From the NCBI GenBank assembly GCA_965246885.1, contig OZ251992.1, forward strand, positions 64,001-128,000: a stretch of 64,000 nt of DNA, in the 5' to 3' direction. The DNA is from Abditibacterium sp. Its GTDB lineage: Bacteria; Armatimonadota; Abditibacteriia; Abditibacteriales; Abditibacteriaceae. A program made the translations under genes and the position numbers. This document shows positions 18,653-29,121 of this stretch, in pieces (the stretch's first letter is position 1; each line of letters begins with the position of its first letter). Below the pieces are notes generated by a model. The model had not been told where the DNA came from and ran no database searches. It saw nothing but the letters and a program-made list of their open reading frames with translations.

Positions 18653-20386
18653 TTACATCGCGTCAATCGGCATCTTCACGTTGCCCACGCTCTTCCCCGG
18701 CCAGTCGTCCGTGCGGAACGGCGACGCGGGGAGCCACTCGCCCTCTTTCGTCTTGCAGCCCAGCGTCGCGCGCGCCATCGGGTTGTTCGCCCACGCATAC
18801 CGCACCGCAACGGGGTTGGGGACTTCGGGAGAGTACACCTCAACCTCGTCACCGAATAGCCCCGCCGTCGCATGAACGAACTTATGGTCGGCGCCTGCTA
18901 TATCAAAGCCGTCAAGTGGGCCGTCGTGCAATGTCGCCAAGCCCGCGTTCACATGGTCGAACTGGAGGCGAATATCGTTGCGCGGAGGCTCAAGACCCCG
19001 AAGGTCTACTATCTTCATCCCGCGATACGTCGGCCCCGAAAAGTCAATCTTCTCCCCATACACGTGTGAGCGCGCCCACAGCGCGAGGCGGTGGCCCACA
19101 TCCTGCTTGTCCTTGGGATGCACGTCTTTCTCTTCGCCGATGTCAATCGTGACCGCCATCCCCGTCTGGGGCAGCGAGAGCGCCATCGCTTGAGCTTCGC
19201 GCACTTCCGACCACTCGCTTTCGATGGGTTGCGGGTCGGGCGGCAGTACACTGGCCAACTGCACGAAGGCAAAGGGCAGGTCGGGCCGCCCCCATTGCTT
19301 GCGCCAGTCGGTAATCAGCGCGGGGAACAGCGTGCGATATTGGTATCCGCGATTGTCGTTGGTTTCGCCCTGATACCAGATGACGCCGCGCAGGGCATAC
19401 GGGATGAGCGGCGCTATCCCGCCGTTCCACAGCCCCGTCGCGCGGTGGGCAAAAGCGGGGTCTATGGGCGCTTTCGGCTTAGCGGGTTCGGGTTGCTTCG
19501 CAGCTTTGGCCGCGTCGTCTGCCGTTTGCCACGCGGCCAGTTTCGCGTCGTACTCCTTCTTGGCGGCAGGGTAGTCGCGCGCCACCGCGTCCCACCGGTC
19601 GAGAATATCGCGCTTGAGGCCCGGCTCCCCAGACAGCGCCTCGCGGCTCATCCACGCTTCCCCCGGCGTCCAACCTTGCGAGACGTGCAAAATCCCAATG
19701 GCCACTGGACGACGGCTTGAAAAAAAGCGGCCAATCACCGGTAAATCATTCAGAATCGGCGAGCGGGCGGTTGGCTTGCTGTCGCTTATGAATGGTATAT
19801 CACCGAGCGTTGGCGGCGCGGGGGAAGCTGGCGCGTTCAAACTGCGTTGCAAGTCGCGCGCGAAGAAGTAGGCCACCGCCGAAAACTGCTTGGCCGTGTC
19901 GGGCGTGCACTTGACCCACTGCCCTTTCACGTCGCGCTGGGGCGTGTCGGCGACCGCCGCGCTTCCGTTGAACTCGCGGATAAGCGGAAAGTTCGCTGCC
20001 GCCATCTCCGCCTCGCCGTTTGTGGCGCGGTCGAGGGTGAACGCCATATTGGACTGCCCGCTCGCCAGCCAAACTTCGCCAACATAGACATCCGACAGCG
20101 TCACCTCATTATGGCCCTTGACGGCCAACACATAAGGCCCGCCCGCGCGTTGCTTGGGGAGGTTGGCTTGCCAACGCCCATCGGCGCCCGCGACCGCTTC
20201 GGCGTTCGCGCCGTTCAGCGAAACGGCGACCTTCTCACCGGGCGCGGCGGTTCCCCACACGGGGAGAGTGGCATCGCGCTGAAGCACCATGCCGCTTGCA
20301 AAAAAAGAGGGGAGCGTCACATCGGCCCGCGCCGCAAGCGGCGCGGTGAGTATAAAACCTGCAAGGAGGAGCGTGGATGATTTCAT
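18653..20386 (-). CDS. Sialate O-acetylesterase (SASA) family protein
   Basis: GEVWLASGQSNM, FSAVAYFFAR, GVIWYQGETN, DVHPKDK, PVAVRYAW, PASPFRTD. Confidence 0.9.
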   Translation of the reverse strand: MKSSTLLLAGFILTAPLAARADVTLPSFFASGMVLQRDATLPVWGTAAPGEKVAVSLNGANAEAVAGADGRWQANLPKQRAGGPYVLAVKGHNEVTLSDVYVGEVWLASGQSNMAFTLDRATNGEAEMAAANFPLIREFNGSAAVADTPQRDVKGQWVKCTPDTAKQFSAVAYFFARDLQRSLNAPASPAPPTLGDIPFISDSKPTARSPILNDLPVIGRFFSSRRPVAIGILHVSQGWTPGEAWMSREALSGEPGLKRDILDRWDAVARDYPAAKKEYDAKLAAWQTADDAAKAAKQPEPAKPKAPIDPAFAHRATGLWNGGIAPLIPYALRGVIWYQGETNDNRGYQYRTLFPALITDWRKQWGRPDLPFAFVQLASVLPPDPQPIESEWSEVREAQAMALSLPQTGMAVTIDIGEEKDVHPKDKQDVGHRLALWARSHVYGEKIDFSGPTYRGMKIVDLRGLEPPRNDIRLQFDHVNAGLATLHDGPLDGFDIAGADHKFVHATAGLFGDEVEVYSPEVPNPVAVRYAWANNPMARATLGCKTKEGEWLPASPFRTDDWPGKSVGNVKMPIDAM

Positions 20387-20428
20387 GGGTTTGCTTGGTG
20401 GTATCGTGGAGGTGGTGCCGCGCTTCGC

Positions 20429-21346
20429 TTAGTTCGTCAGCGTCCAGCACACGCCGTCGGAGGGGTGACGCTCCCGGTAGGGATGCATCGTGAGGCCGTT
20501 CTGCTTGGCGAGGGCTTTGGCGAGGCCATACTCGGCTTTGGGGCCGTCCGAATTGCCGACGACGAACGAGAAGCCAAAGTTCGTGCCCGCCGCCAATTTC
20601 AGGTCGGCCAATTCCGAGCGGGGGATGGCCACCTCATAGGTGAGCGTGTTGCCGTCGCGCCGGACGAAGCTTTGCGCGGCGGGAACGAGGCCCGTCGTCT
20701 TGGGGCCGCGCGGTTGGTGCGGCCAGTCGTTGATGCGCGGCAACCCCGGCGCCAGATAGCGCCATACCTCGTTGCCCCAGCCCGCGACGCCATAAATCGA
20801 GTACTCGCAATCCGTGTCCGGGAACGTGTGGAAGCCAACCGGCACACCGGCAATGGGCTTGAGGTCGTGCCAGCCGGGGTTCGTGTCAAAGGCGACTTGC
20901 AAGCGGTCGCGGCGCAAGGGGAAGCCCGGAACCGACACTTCTGTTTCGGGCGCGGCGGTGAACGTAACGCCAATGGGCACGCGGATGGGTTGCCCTTCGA
21001 GGCCAATCAGTGGCGCGGCTCCGGCGGCATCGGTCATGGAGGAAGTAATGCGCTTTTCGGGGTCGCGCGTCGTTATCTCTTGCAGTTCAAGGGCGAAATC
21101 GCGCACCGTCCCATTATCGGTGCCCTTGGTGAACGCGATGCGCAGGGTGGGCACCTCGCCCGGCAGGAACAGTTGCCCCGGCGCGTTCGAGCCAAGGAAA
21201 CGGCACGACGTGTTCGGCATCCCCGCATGGAGAACGGCCATGTTCTCGGCCAAAACGAGGGGCACCTGCGCGTGCGCGGCGCGCGGAACAAGAAGAGCAG
21301 CGCCCACCAAGAAAGCGGCTCCCAAACGGAGTGCGGGTTGAGTCAT
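20429..21346 (-). CDS. Secreted protein; internally deleted paralog of 41039..44005
   Basis: N-half ENMAVLHA...FTKGTDNGTVRDFALELQEITTR and C-half RDRLQVAFDT..GWHD...NGLTMHPY...WTLTN match the two ends of the 988-aa protein. Confidence 0.75.
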   Translation of the reverse strand: MTQPALRLGAAFLVGAALLVPRAAHAQVPLVLAENMAVLHAGMPNTSCRFLGSNAPGQLFLPGEVPTLRIAFTKGTDNGTVRDFALELQEITTRDPEKRITSSMTDAAGAAPLIGLEGQPIRVPIGVTFTAAPETEVSVPGFPLRRDRLQVAFDTNPGWHDLKPIAGVPVGFHTFPDTDCEYSIYGVAGWGNEVWRYLAPGLPRINDWPHQPRGPKTTGLVPAAQSFVRRDGNTLTYEVAIPRSELADLKLAAGTNFGFSFVVGNSDGPKAEYGLAKALAKQNGLTMHPYRERHPSDGVCWTLTN

Positions 21347-21452
21347 TGGATCGGAGCAAAACAAACGGACGGCACAGAAGAAGACAGCCTCTCCCAAGGG
21401 AGTCCGATATGAGACTGCGCCGCCGCGCGGGAGTTGTGCCCAAAAATCCGCC

Positions 21453-21605
21453 TTCTGGGAGCGACCCGCCGCCGTCTGTCACTATTTCCCAGACGTGCGC
21501 CGTTCGCCGACAGATGTGTGGGAATCGCCGACGGACGTGCGCCGCTCGCTGACAGACGTGTGCCGCTCGCCGACGGACGTGTGCCGCTCGCCGACGGACG
21601 TGTGG
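21453..21605. repeat. 21-bp-period tandem array B
   Basis: gtctgtcactatttcccagac / gtgcgccgttcgccgacagat / gtgtgggaatcgccgacggac / gtgcgccgctcgctgacagac / gtgtgccgctcgccgacggac (twice). Confidence 0.85.
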
Positions 21606-21708
21606 CACCGAAAACGGGCCGGAAACGAGAGGAAAAGCGAGGGCGTGAAGGGGGAATCATCCGGCGGCCTTTCGTCGCCGGGAAACGGCCCTCACGCGCG
21701 CCCCTGCG

Positions 21709-23933
<2,225 letters not shown>

Positions 23934-23938
23934 AACAG

Positions 23939-24175
23939 ATGTCGAAAGAACAACTCCTCGAACTCGTGGCGCCGCTTTCCTTGGAGGAGCGGCGCCAACT
24001 GCGGGAACTGCTGACCGAAGGAGAGCTACAACCGCTTTCTCCTGAAGAGGTAGAAGTCCATCCGATGATGAAGATCGTGCGCGACATCGAGCGACTACCG
24101 CCAATGGATGCGCCGCCCGATTTTTCTATTAACCACGACTTCTATATTCATGGCGGAGACAAACGTGAATCGTGA
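23939..24175 (+). CDS. Putative antitoxin upstream of the PIN toxin
   Basis: 78 aa ending DFSINHDFYIHG; overlaps the start of the PIN gene. Confidence 0.7.
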   Translation: MSKEQLLELVAPLSLEERRQLRELLTEGELQPLSPEEVEVHPMMKIVRDIERLPPMDAPPDFSINHDFYIHGGDKRES

Positions 24176-24581
24176 AGGCGTCTTCGTAGACATAGGTGCA
24201 TGGATTGGGCTGTTATCGAACAGCGATGTGCACCACTTGCGGGCTGTCGAGGTGTTGGCAACGCTCCTCGCCCAGAACCGTCCGCTCATCACAACGCACG
24301 CGATTGTGCTGGAAGTGGGCGATGGCTTGGCAACCAAGCGGCGGCGCCAGTTTTCGGGCGCGTTTCAGGCGTTGCTGTTGGCTCCTTATACAGAGGTAGT
24401 AGCCCTTGAGGAATCCCGGCTGGCCGAAGCGTGGGCGCTTTATGACGGGCGGCGGGATAAGGAGTGGAGCCTGACCGACTGCTTTTCCTTTGTGGTGATG
24501 CGCGAGTATGACCTGCGCGACGCCTTCGCCCACGACCACCACTTCGAGCAGGCTGGCTTTCGCGCGTTGATGCGCGCTTAA
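24165..24581 (+). CDS. vapC: VapC/PIN-domain toxin
   Basis: VFVDIGAW, THAIVLEV, WSLTDCFSFVVM, AFAHDHHFEQAGF; GTG start with upstream GGAG. Confidence 0.88.
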   Translation: MNREGVFVDIGAWIGLLSNSDVHHLRAVEVLATLLAQNRPLITTHAIVLEVGDGLATKRRRQFSGAFQALLLAPYTEVVALEESRLAEAWALYDGRRDKEWSLTDCFSFVVMREYDLRDAFAHDHHFEQAGFRALMRA

Positions 24582-24599
24582 TCAATATCTAAAAACCTA

Positions 24600-27224
24600 A
24601 TGGCAATCAATTCAGTCAATTCGAGCGGCAACTTAGTGGATGCCGATGGCAAGGCGGCTTATGCGCGCGAAGTCATCCCGATGCGGATTCAGGACGAGAT
24701 GCGCGTTTCCTACACGCGCTACGCGATGTCGGTTATCGTCGGGCGCGCGCTGCCCGATGTGCGCGACGGCCTCAAGCCCGTACATCGCCGCATTTTGTAT
24801 GCGATGTATGACCAGAACATGACCCCCGACCGGCGCCGCGAAAAGTGCGCGTCGGCGGTGGGCGAAGTTCTCAAGAAATACCACCCGCACGGCGACCAAT
24901 CGGTCTACGATGCCCTTGTGCGCATGGCGCAAGACTTCTCCATGCGCTACCGCCTCGTGGACGGGCAAGGCAACTTTGGCAGCGTGGACGGCGACGCGGC
25001 GGCGGCTTACCGCTACACCGAAGCGCGCTTGGCGCCCCTCGCAATGGAACTGCTGCGCGACATCGAAGCGGAAACGGTGGACTTCGTGCCGAACTTTTCC
25101 GAGTCCACGACCGAGCCGTTCGTGTTCCCGTCGGTGTATCCCAACCTGCTGGTGAATGGGAGCGCGGGCATTGCGGTTGGCATGGCGACGAACATTCCGC
25201 CGCACAATCTCGGCGAAGTGTGCGACGCGGTAGGGGTGTTGCTCGACAACCCCGACGCTTCGATTGGCGATCTCATGGCGGTCTGTCCCGGCCCCGATTT
25301 CCCGACTGCCGGGTTAATTTTGGGCACCAAAGGGGCAAACGCCGCCTATCACACCGGGCGCGGAAGCGTGATTATGCAAGCACGCGCCACGATTGAGCCG
25401 ATGGACGGCGGGCGCAACGCCATCATCGTGACGGAACTTCCCTACCAAGTCAACAAAGCCACCCTGATTGAGAACATCGCGGCTTTGGCGCGCGAAAAGC
25501 GCGTCGAGGGCATCTCCGAACTGCGCGATGAGTCCGACCGCCAAGGCATGCGCATCGTGATGGAGATCAAGCGCGACGCCAATCCCAGCGTCGTCCTCAA
25601 CTTCCTGTATAAGCACACCGCGCTTCGCACCAGTTTTGGCGTCAATACCCTCGCCATCGTGGACGGCTCACCGAAAGTGCTCACGCTCAAGTCCGCTCTC
25701 GAAGCGTTCGTGCGCCACCGCGAGGACGTGATCACGCGGCGCTCGAAGTTCCAACTGCGCAAGGCCGAAGCGCGCGCGCATATCTTGGAAGGGTTGCGCG
25801 CCATTCTCGCGTCCATTGACGAGGTCATCGCGCTTATCCGGGGTTCGGAATCGCGCGAGGACGCGCGCAACCGGCTGATGAACGAGGGCGTTCCCGCTTA
25901 CGTGGACGGCGCCCGCGCCGCCGACGGCACGATGGTGACGCTGTCGGAAATCCAAGCCAACGCCGTGTTGGACATGCGCTTGGGCCAACTCACGCAGCTT
26001 GACCGCATGAAGATAGACGACGAGTACGCCGACCTCATGAAGGAGATCGAGCGGCTGCGTGGCATCTTGGAATCGCCGCAAAAGGTGCGCGGCATCATCA
26101 AAGCCGACATGGTGCGCATCAAGAAGGAATACGGCGACCCGCGCCGGACGCAAATCATCGCGCGCGAAGCGCAGGAACTCAAGCCCGAAGACCTCATCGC
26201 CGAGGAAGATGTCGTCGTCACCATCACGCGCGACGGCTACATCAAGAAACTGCCGAAGGACACCTACAACGTGCAAGGGCGCGGCGGACGCGGCAAGGTC
26301 GGCTTGAACAAGAAGGAAGAGGACATGATCGAGCACCTCTTCGTCTGCTCGACGCACCACACCCTGCTTATCTTTACCAACCGGGGCAAGGTCTACCAAC
26401 TGCGCGCCTTCGAGATTCCCACCGCCTCGCGCCAAGCCAAGGGAACGCCCATCATTAACCTGCTTCAAGTCGAGCAGGGCGAATACGTCACCGCCGCGCT
26501 CAACATCTCCGACTTTTCCGACGACCGCTTCCTGTTCATGGTCACCAAAGAAGGCACGGTCAAAAAGACCGCACTTTCCGCCTACGACACCAAGCTCTCG
26601 AAGGGCATCATCGCCATCAACCTCGAAGGCTCCGACGAACTGCGCTTCGTGTTCCAAACCGACGGCAAGAAGGAGATTATCCTCGCCAGTCGCCAAGGCA
26701 TGAGCGTGCGCTTCAACGAGGCGGACGTGCGCGCGACGGGGCGCAACACGCAGGGCGTGACCGGTATGCGCTTCAAGTCGGGCGAAGATTACATTGTGGG
26801 CGCCGTGCCCGCCGATTCGGAAACGCTCATGCTCACCGTCAGTGAAAACGGCTTGGGCAAACGGAGCCGCATCGAGGACTACCGCTTGCAAAACCGGGGC
26901 GGCACGGGCGTCATCACGCTCAAAGTCAGCGACAAGACCGGCGAACTGGTCAGCCTCCAGAGCGTGCGCGACGACGAGGAACTGCTCATCATCACCCGCA
27001 ACGGCATCGTCATTCGCCAGCGCATTGACACCATCCGCGAAACGGGCCGCGTCGCGCAAGGCGTCAAGCTCATCAACCTCGACCCAAGCGACAAAGTCGC
27101 CGCCGTCGCCAAAATCCTCCAAGAACCCGAAGGCGACGACGTGGAACCAAGCGCCGACGCCGAGAGTCCAAACGGGCAGTTGGAACTGCCCGACAACGCC
27201 GACACGCAAACGGTCGAAGCGTAA
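24600..27224 (+). CDS. gyrA: DNA gyrase subunit A
   Basis: RALPDVRDGLKPVHRR, YHPHGD, AAAYRYTEAR, GyrA box QGRGGRG, C-terminal pinwheel repeats. Confidence 0.97.
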   Translation: MAINSVNSSGNLVDADGKAAYAREVIPMRIQDEMRVSYTRYAMSVIVGRALPDVRDGLKPVHRRILYAMYDQNMTPDRRREKCASAVGEVLKKYHPHGDQSVYDALVRMAQDFSMRYRLVDGQGNFGSVDGDAAAAYRYTEARLAPLAMELLRDIEAETVDFVPNFSESTTEPFVFPSVYPNLLVNGSAGIAVGMATNIPPHNLGEVCDAVGVLLDNPDASIGDLMAVCPGPDFPTAGLILGTKGANAAYHTGRGSVIMQARATIEPMDGGRNAIIVTELPYQVNKATLIENIAALAREKRVEGISELRDESDRQGMRIVMEIKRDANPSVVLNFLYKHTALRTSFGVNTLAIVDGSPKVLTLKSALEAFVRHREDVITRRSKFQLRKAEARAHILEGLRAILASIDEVIALIRGSESREDARNRLMNEGVPAYVDGARAADGTMVTLSEIQANAVLDMRLGQLTQLDRMKIDDEYADLMKEIERLRGILESPQKVRGIIKADMVRIKKEYGDPRRTQIIAREAQELKPEDLIAEEDVVVTITRDGYIKKLPKDTYNVQGRGGRGKVGLNKKEEDMIEHLFVCSTHHTLLIFTNRGKVYQLRAFEIPTASRQAKGTPIINLLQVEQGEYVTAALNISDFSDDRFLFMVTKEGTVKKTALSAYDTKLSKGIIAINLEGSDELRFVFQTDGKKEIILASRQGMSVRFNEADVRATGRNTQGVTGMRFKSGEDYIVGAVPADSETLMLTVSENGLGKRSRIEDYRLQNRGGTGVITLKVSDKTGELVSLQSVRDDEELLIITRNGIVIRQRIDTIRETGRVAQGVKLINLDPSDKVAAVAKILQEPEGDDVEPSADAESPNGQLELPDNADTQTVEA

Positions 27225-27237
27225 AAGTCGAGCACAG

Positions 27238-27271
27238 ACGCCCCACTCGAAATCAACGAGTGGGGCGTTTT
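27238..27271 (+). terminator. Rho-independent terminator after gyrA
   Basis: ACGCCCCACTCG-loop-CGAGTGGGGCGT TTT. Confidence 0.8.
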
Positions 27272-27307
27272 GTATCCGCGCAGGCGTGTTTCCCGAAACT
27301 TGCGCCG

Positions 27308-27684
27308 TCATGCTCGCGGCAAGAGGAACACTTGACCCGTCGGGGCGGCAAAATCAATGAGCACCACGTCGTAGACGCGCTTCTGGAATTTCCACTCGCC
27401 GTCTTGTTTAATCAAGTCGTCGGTGTAGAACGCCAGAATGTTCATGCCTTTGACTCTGGGGAGCGCCCCTTCGCCGTTGGGTCGGCTTTGCCGATTTCGT
27501 TGAGCGTGACCTGTGCCCGCGCGGTTGTTTCGCCCAGCAGGGTGATGGTGGTGGCGTGGTTCATTTGCACGAATAGCTCTTGGCTTTCGACGGCGCGCTT
27601 GACTTCGGTCATTATCGCTTCGATGCCCTCGTAGTGCCCATTGATGGAAGCATGGAATTCCCACACGCCGCTTGCACTCCAGCA
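27308..27684 (-). pseudogene. SnoaL/NTF2-like protein remnant (5'-truncated, frameshifted)
   Basis: WSASGVWEF..YEGIEAI..VQMNH..TARAQVTLNE in one frame continues as AFYTDDLIKQDGEWKFQKR in another; shift near 27480. Confidence 0.65.
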
Positions 27685-28002
27685 CGCCGGAACAAGAGCC
27701 TACGGCAACTATGCGCCCGATGTCGTGCAACGCCTTTCCTTCATCAGGCAAATGCAGAGCGCAGGCTTCACTTGCGCGAGATAAAGCACGTCTTGCAAGA
27801 GTGGGGCGACGACGCGAAAGCGACACCCAAATCAGAGAGCGTCCAAATCATCGAGCCGAAACTACGCCAAACCGAAGAGAAGATCCGCCACTTGGAAGAA
27901 GTGCGGGCGTATTTATCCAGCAAGATAGAACGCTTGGAAGCAGAGACAGCGCCCTCCTCGCTTTCCGCAACTGGCGGAAGCGAACAGTCACCTACCCCAT
28001 GA
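27684..28002 (+). pseudogene. MerR-family regulator remnant (5'-truncated, frameshifted)
   Basis: YGNYAPDVVQRLSFIRQMQSAGFT, then a frameshift into LREIKHVL...KLRQTEEKIRHLEEVRAYL. Confidence 0.7.
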
Positions 28003-28957
28003 GTTCGCGCAGTATCGGCTCGATTTCATCTTGCTTGCCGATGTCGCGCGCGAAGTCGCGTACAAACAGCGCGGCCTCCATGCGTTCGTGCGCGGAGACG
28101 GCGGCGTGGATGTGGAACGGACGGAAAGAAACGCCCGCCGTCTTGCCGTTGGGATACAGGCCGCGCCACCGCGACATTTCAACGGTCGGCTCGAAATGCG
28201 CGTCAACGACGGAAAGAAGGGGTGCGATTTGGGACATGGGGTACATATTGTTGATTACGCTTATCTTTGTCCGTTCTCCAGCCCCGAAATATGAGGGCGT
28301 GGTGTAACAAACCAACTCGTCGCTCCGACCAAAGGTGGGCCGGATGAGCGAGAAAAGCACTCGCACCACCGCAGTCCAACTCTCGAAGTTGCCGTTGGCG
28401 AAAGACAGCACCGAAAGGCGGCGCTCGTTCTCATCCAGCGCGGCAAATCGGCGCGAAAGACGCAGTTCGTCGGCCTGCGCGTCGAGGCCATCGGTGTGCA
28501 AACGGCCTTCATCGCCCTGCGGGTCGAGAAACTCCACATAAGCAGAAGCGGGGCGCGACACGAACTCCAACGCCTTCGTCCACGCGAAGCGCGGCGTCGG
28601 CGCCAGCCAGCGCGCGGGCAGCTTCTGGCGGGGGGACTTCACCAAGAAGCGGCCCAAGCGTAGCAGCGCCCAGTCATCGCCGTCGGGGAAAGGCACGACG
28701 CGGTAGTGGCGGCGCGTGGCCCAACAGTCCGACAGGCGGCGCGTTAGTTGGTCGCGCTTGAATGCCGTCAGCGGGCGCTTAGGCGAGACTGAATACGCGA
28801 GGTCGCACCACACCAGTTGCGGGTCGCTCCCTTGTGGGCGGAAGAAAAGGTCGCCCCACGCGGCGCGCCACTCGATGACCGGCGGGTCGGGCACGCGCCC
28901 CGCCGCGCGGAGCGGCAGTTCGTCCTCGAACGGGGCAAAGAGGTCGCGGATGTTCAT
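27992..28957 (-). CDS. Hypothetical protein, paralog of 63103..64000
   Basis: Shared blocks RDLFAPFEDEL, IEWRAA.GD.FFR, WCDL.Y...KRPL, RVVPF.DG.DWAL and HER.EAAL..RDF.R.I. Confidence 0.75.
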   Translation of the reverse strand: MNIRDLFAPFEDELPLRAAGRVPDPPVIEWRAAWGDLFFRPQGSDPQLVWCDLAYSVSPKRPLTAFKRDQLTRRLSDCWATRRHYRVVPFPDGDDWALLRLGRFLVKSPRQKLPARWLAPTPRFAWTKALEFVSRPASAYVEFLDPQGDEGRLHTDGLDAQADELRLSRRFAALDENERRLSVLSFANGNFESWTAVVRVLFSLIRPTFGRSDELVCYTTPSYFGAGERTKISVINNMYPMSQIAPLLSVVDAHFEPTVEMSRWRGLYPNGKTAGVSFRPFHIHAAVSAHERMEAALFVRDFARDIGKQDEIEPILRELMG

Positions 28958-29034
28958 GGGCATCGGGCAGTTCTTCCTAATCTACAAAAGCGCCGGGGCA
29001 TCCTCCGGGCACCCCGAAAATTTTCCCGCCAAAG

Positions 29035-29064
29035 TGTTAGAAACAGTTGCGTCTTGGGCATACT
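29035..29064 (+). promoter_or_regulatory. Promoter-like motif TGTTAGAA-N16-CATACT, copy 2
   Basis: TGTTAGAA acagttgcgtcttggg CATACT, preceded by AAAATTTT, upstream of the regulator gene. Confidence 0.65.
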
Positions 29065-29121
29065 GTTTCTGTCCCCATCTGCCCCTTTTGCCCGGCAAAG
29101 CGGCGGGGAGGGGCGGACTTT

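Noticed and set aside
21453..21605. 21-bp arrays (also at 13.7, 32.1 and 55.0 kb) as CRISPR arrays
   Set aside because: Units are contiguous and degenerate, with no unique spacers and no cas genes in the window.
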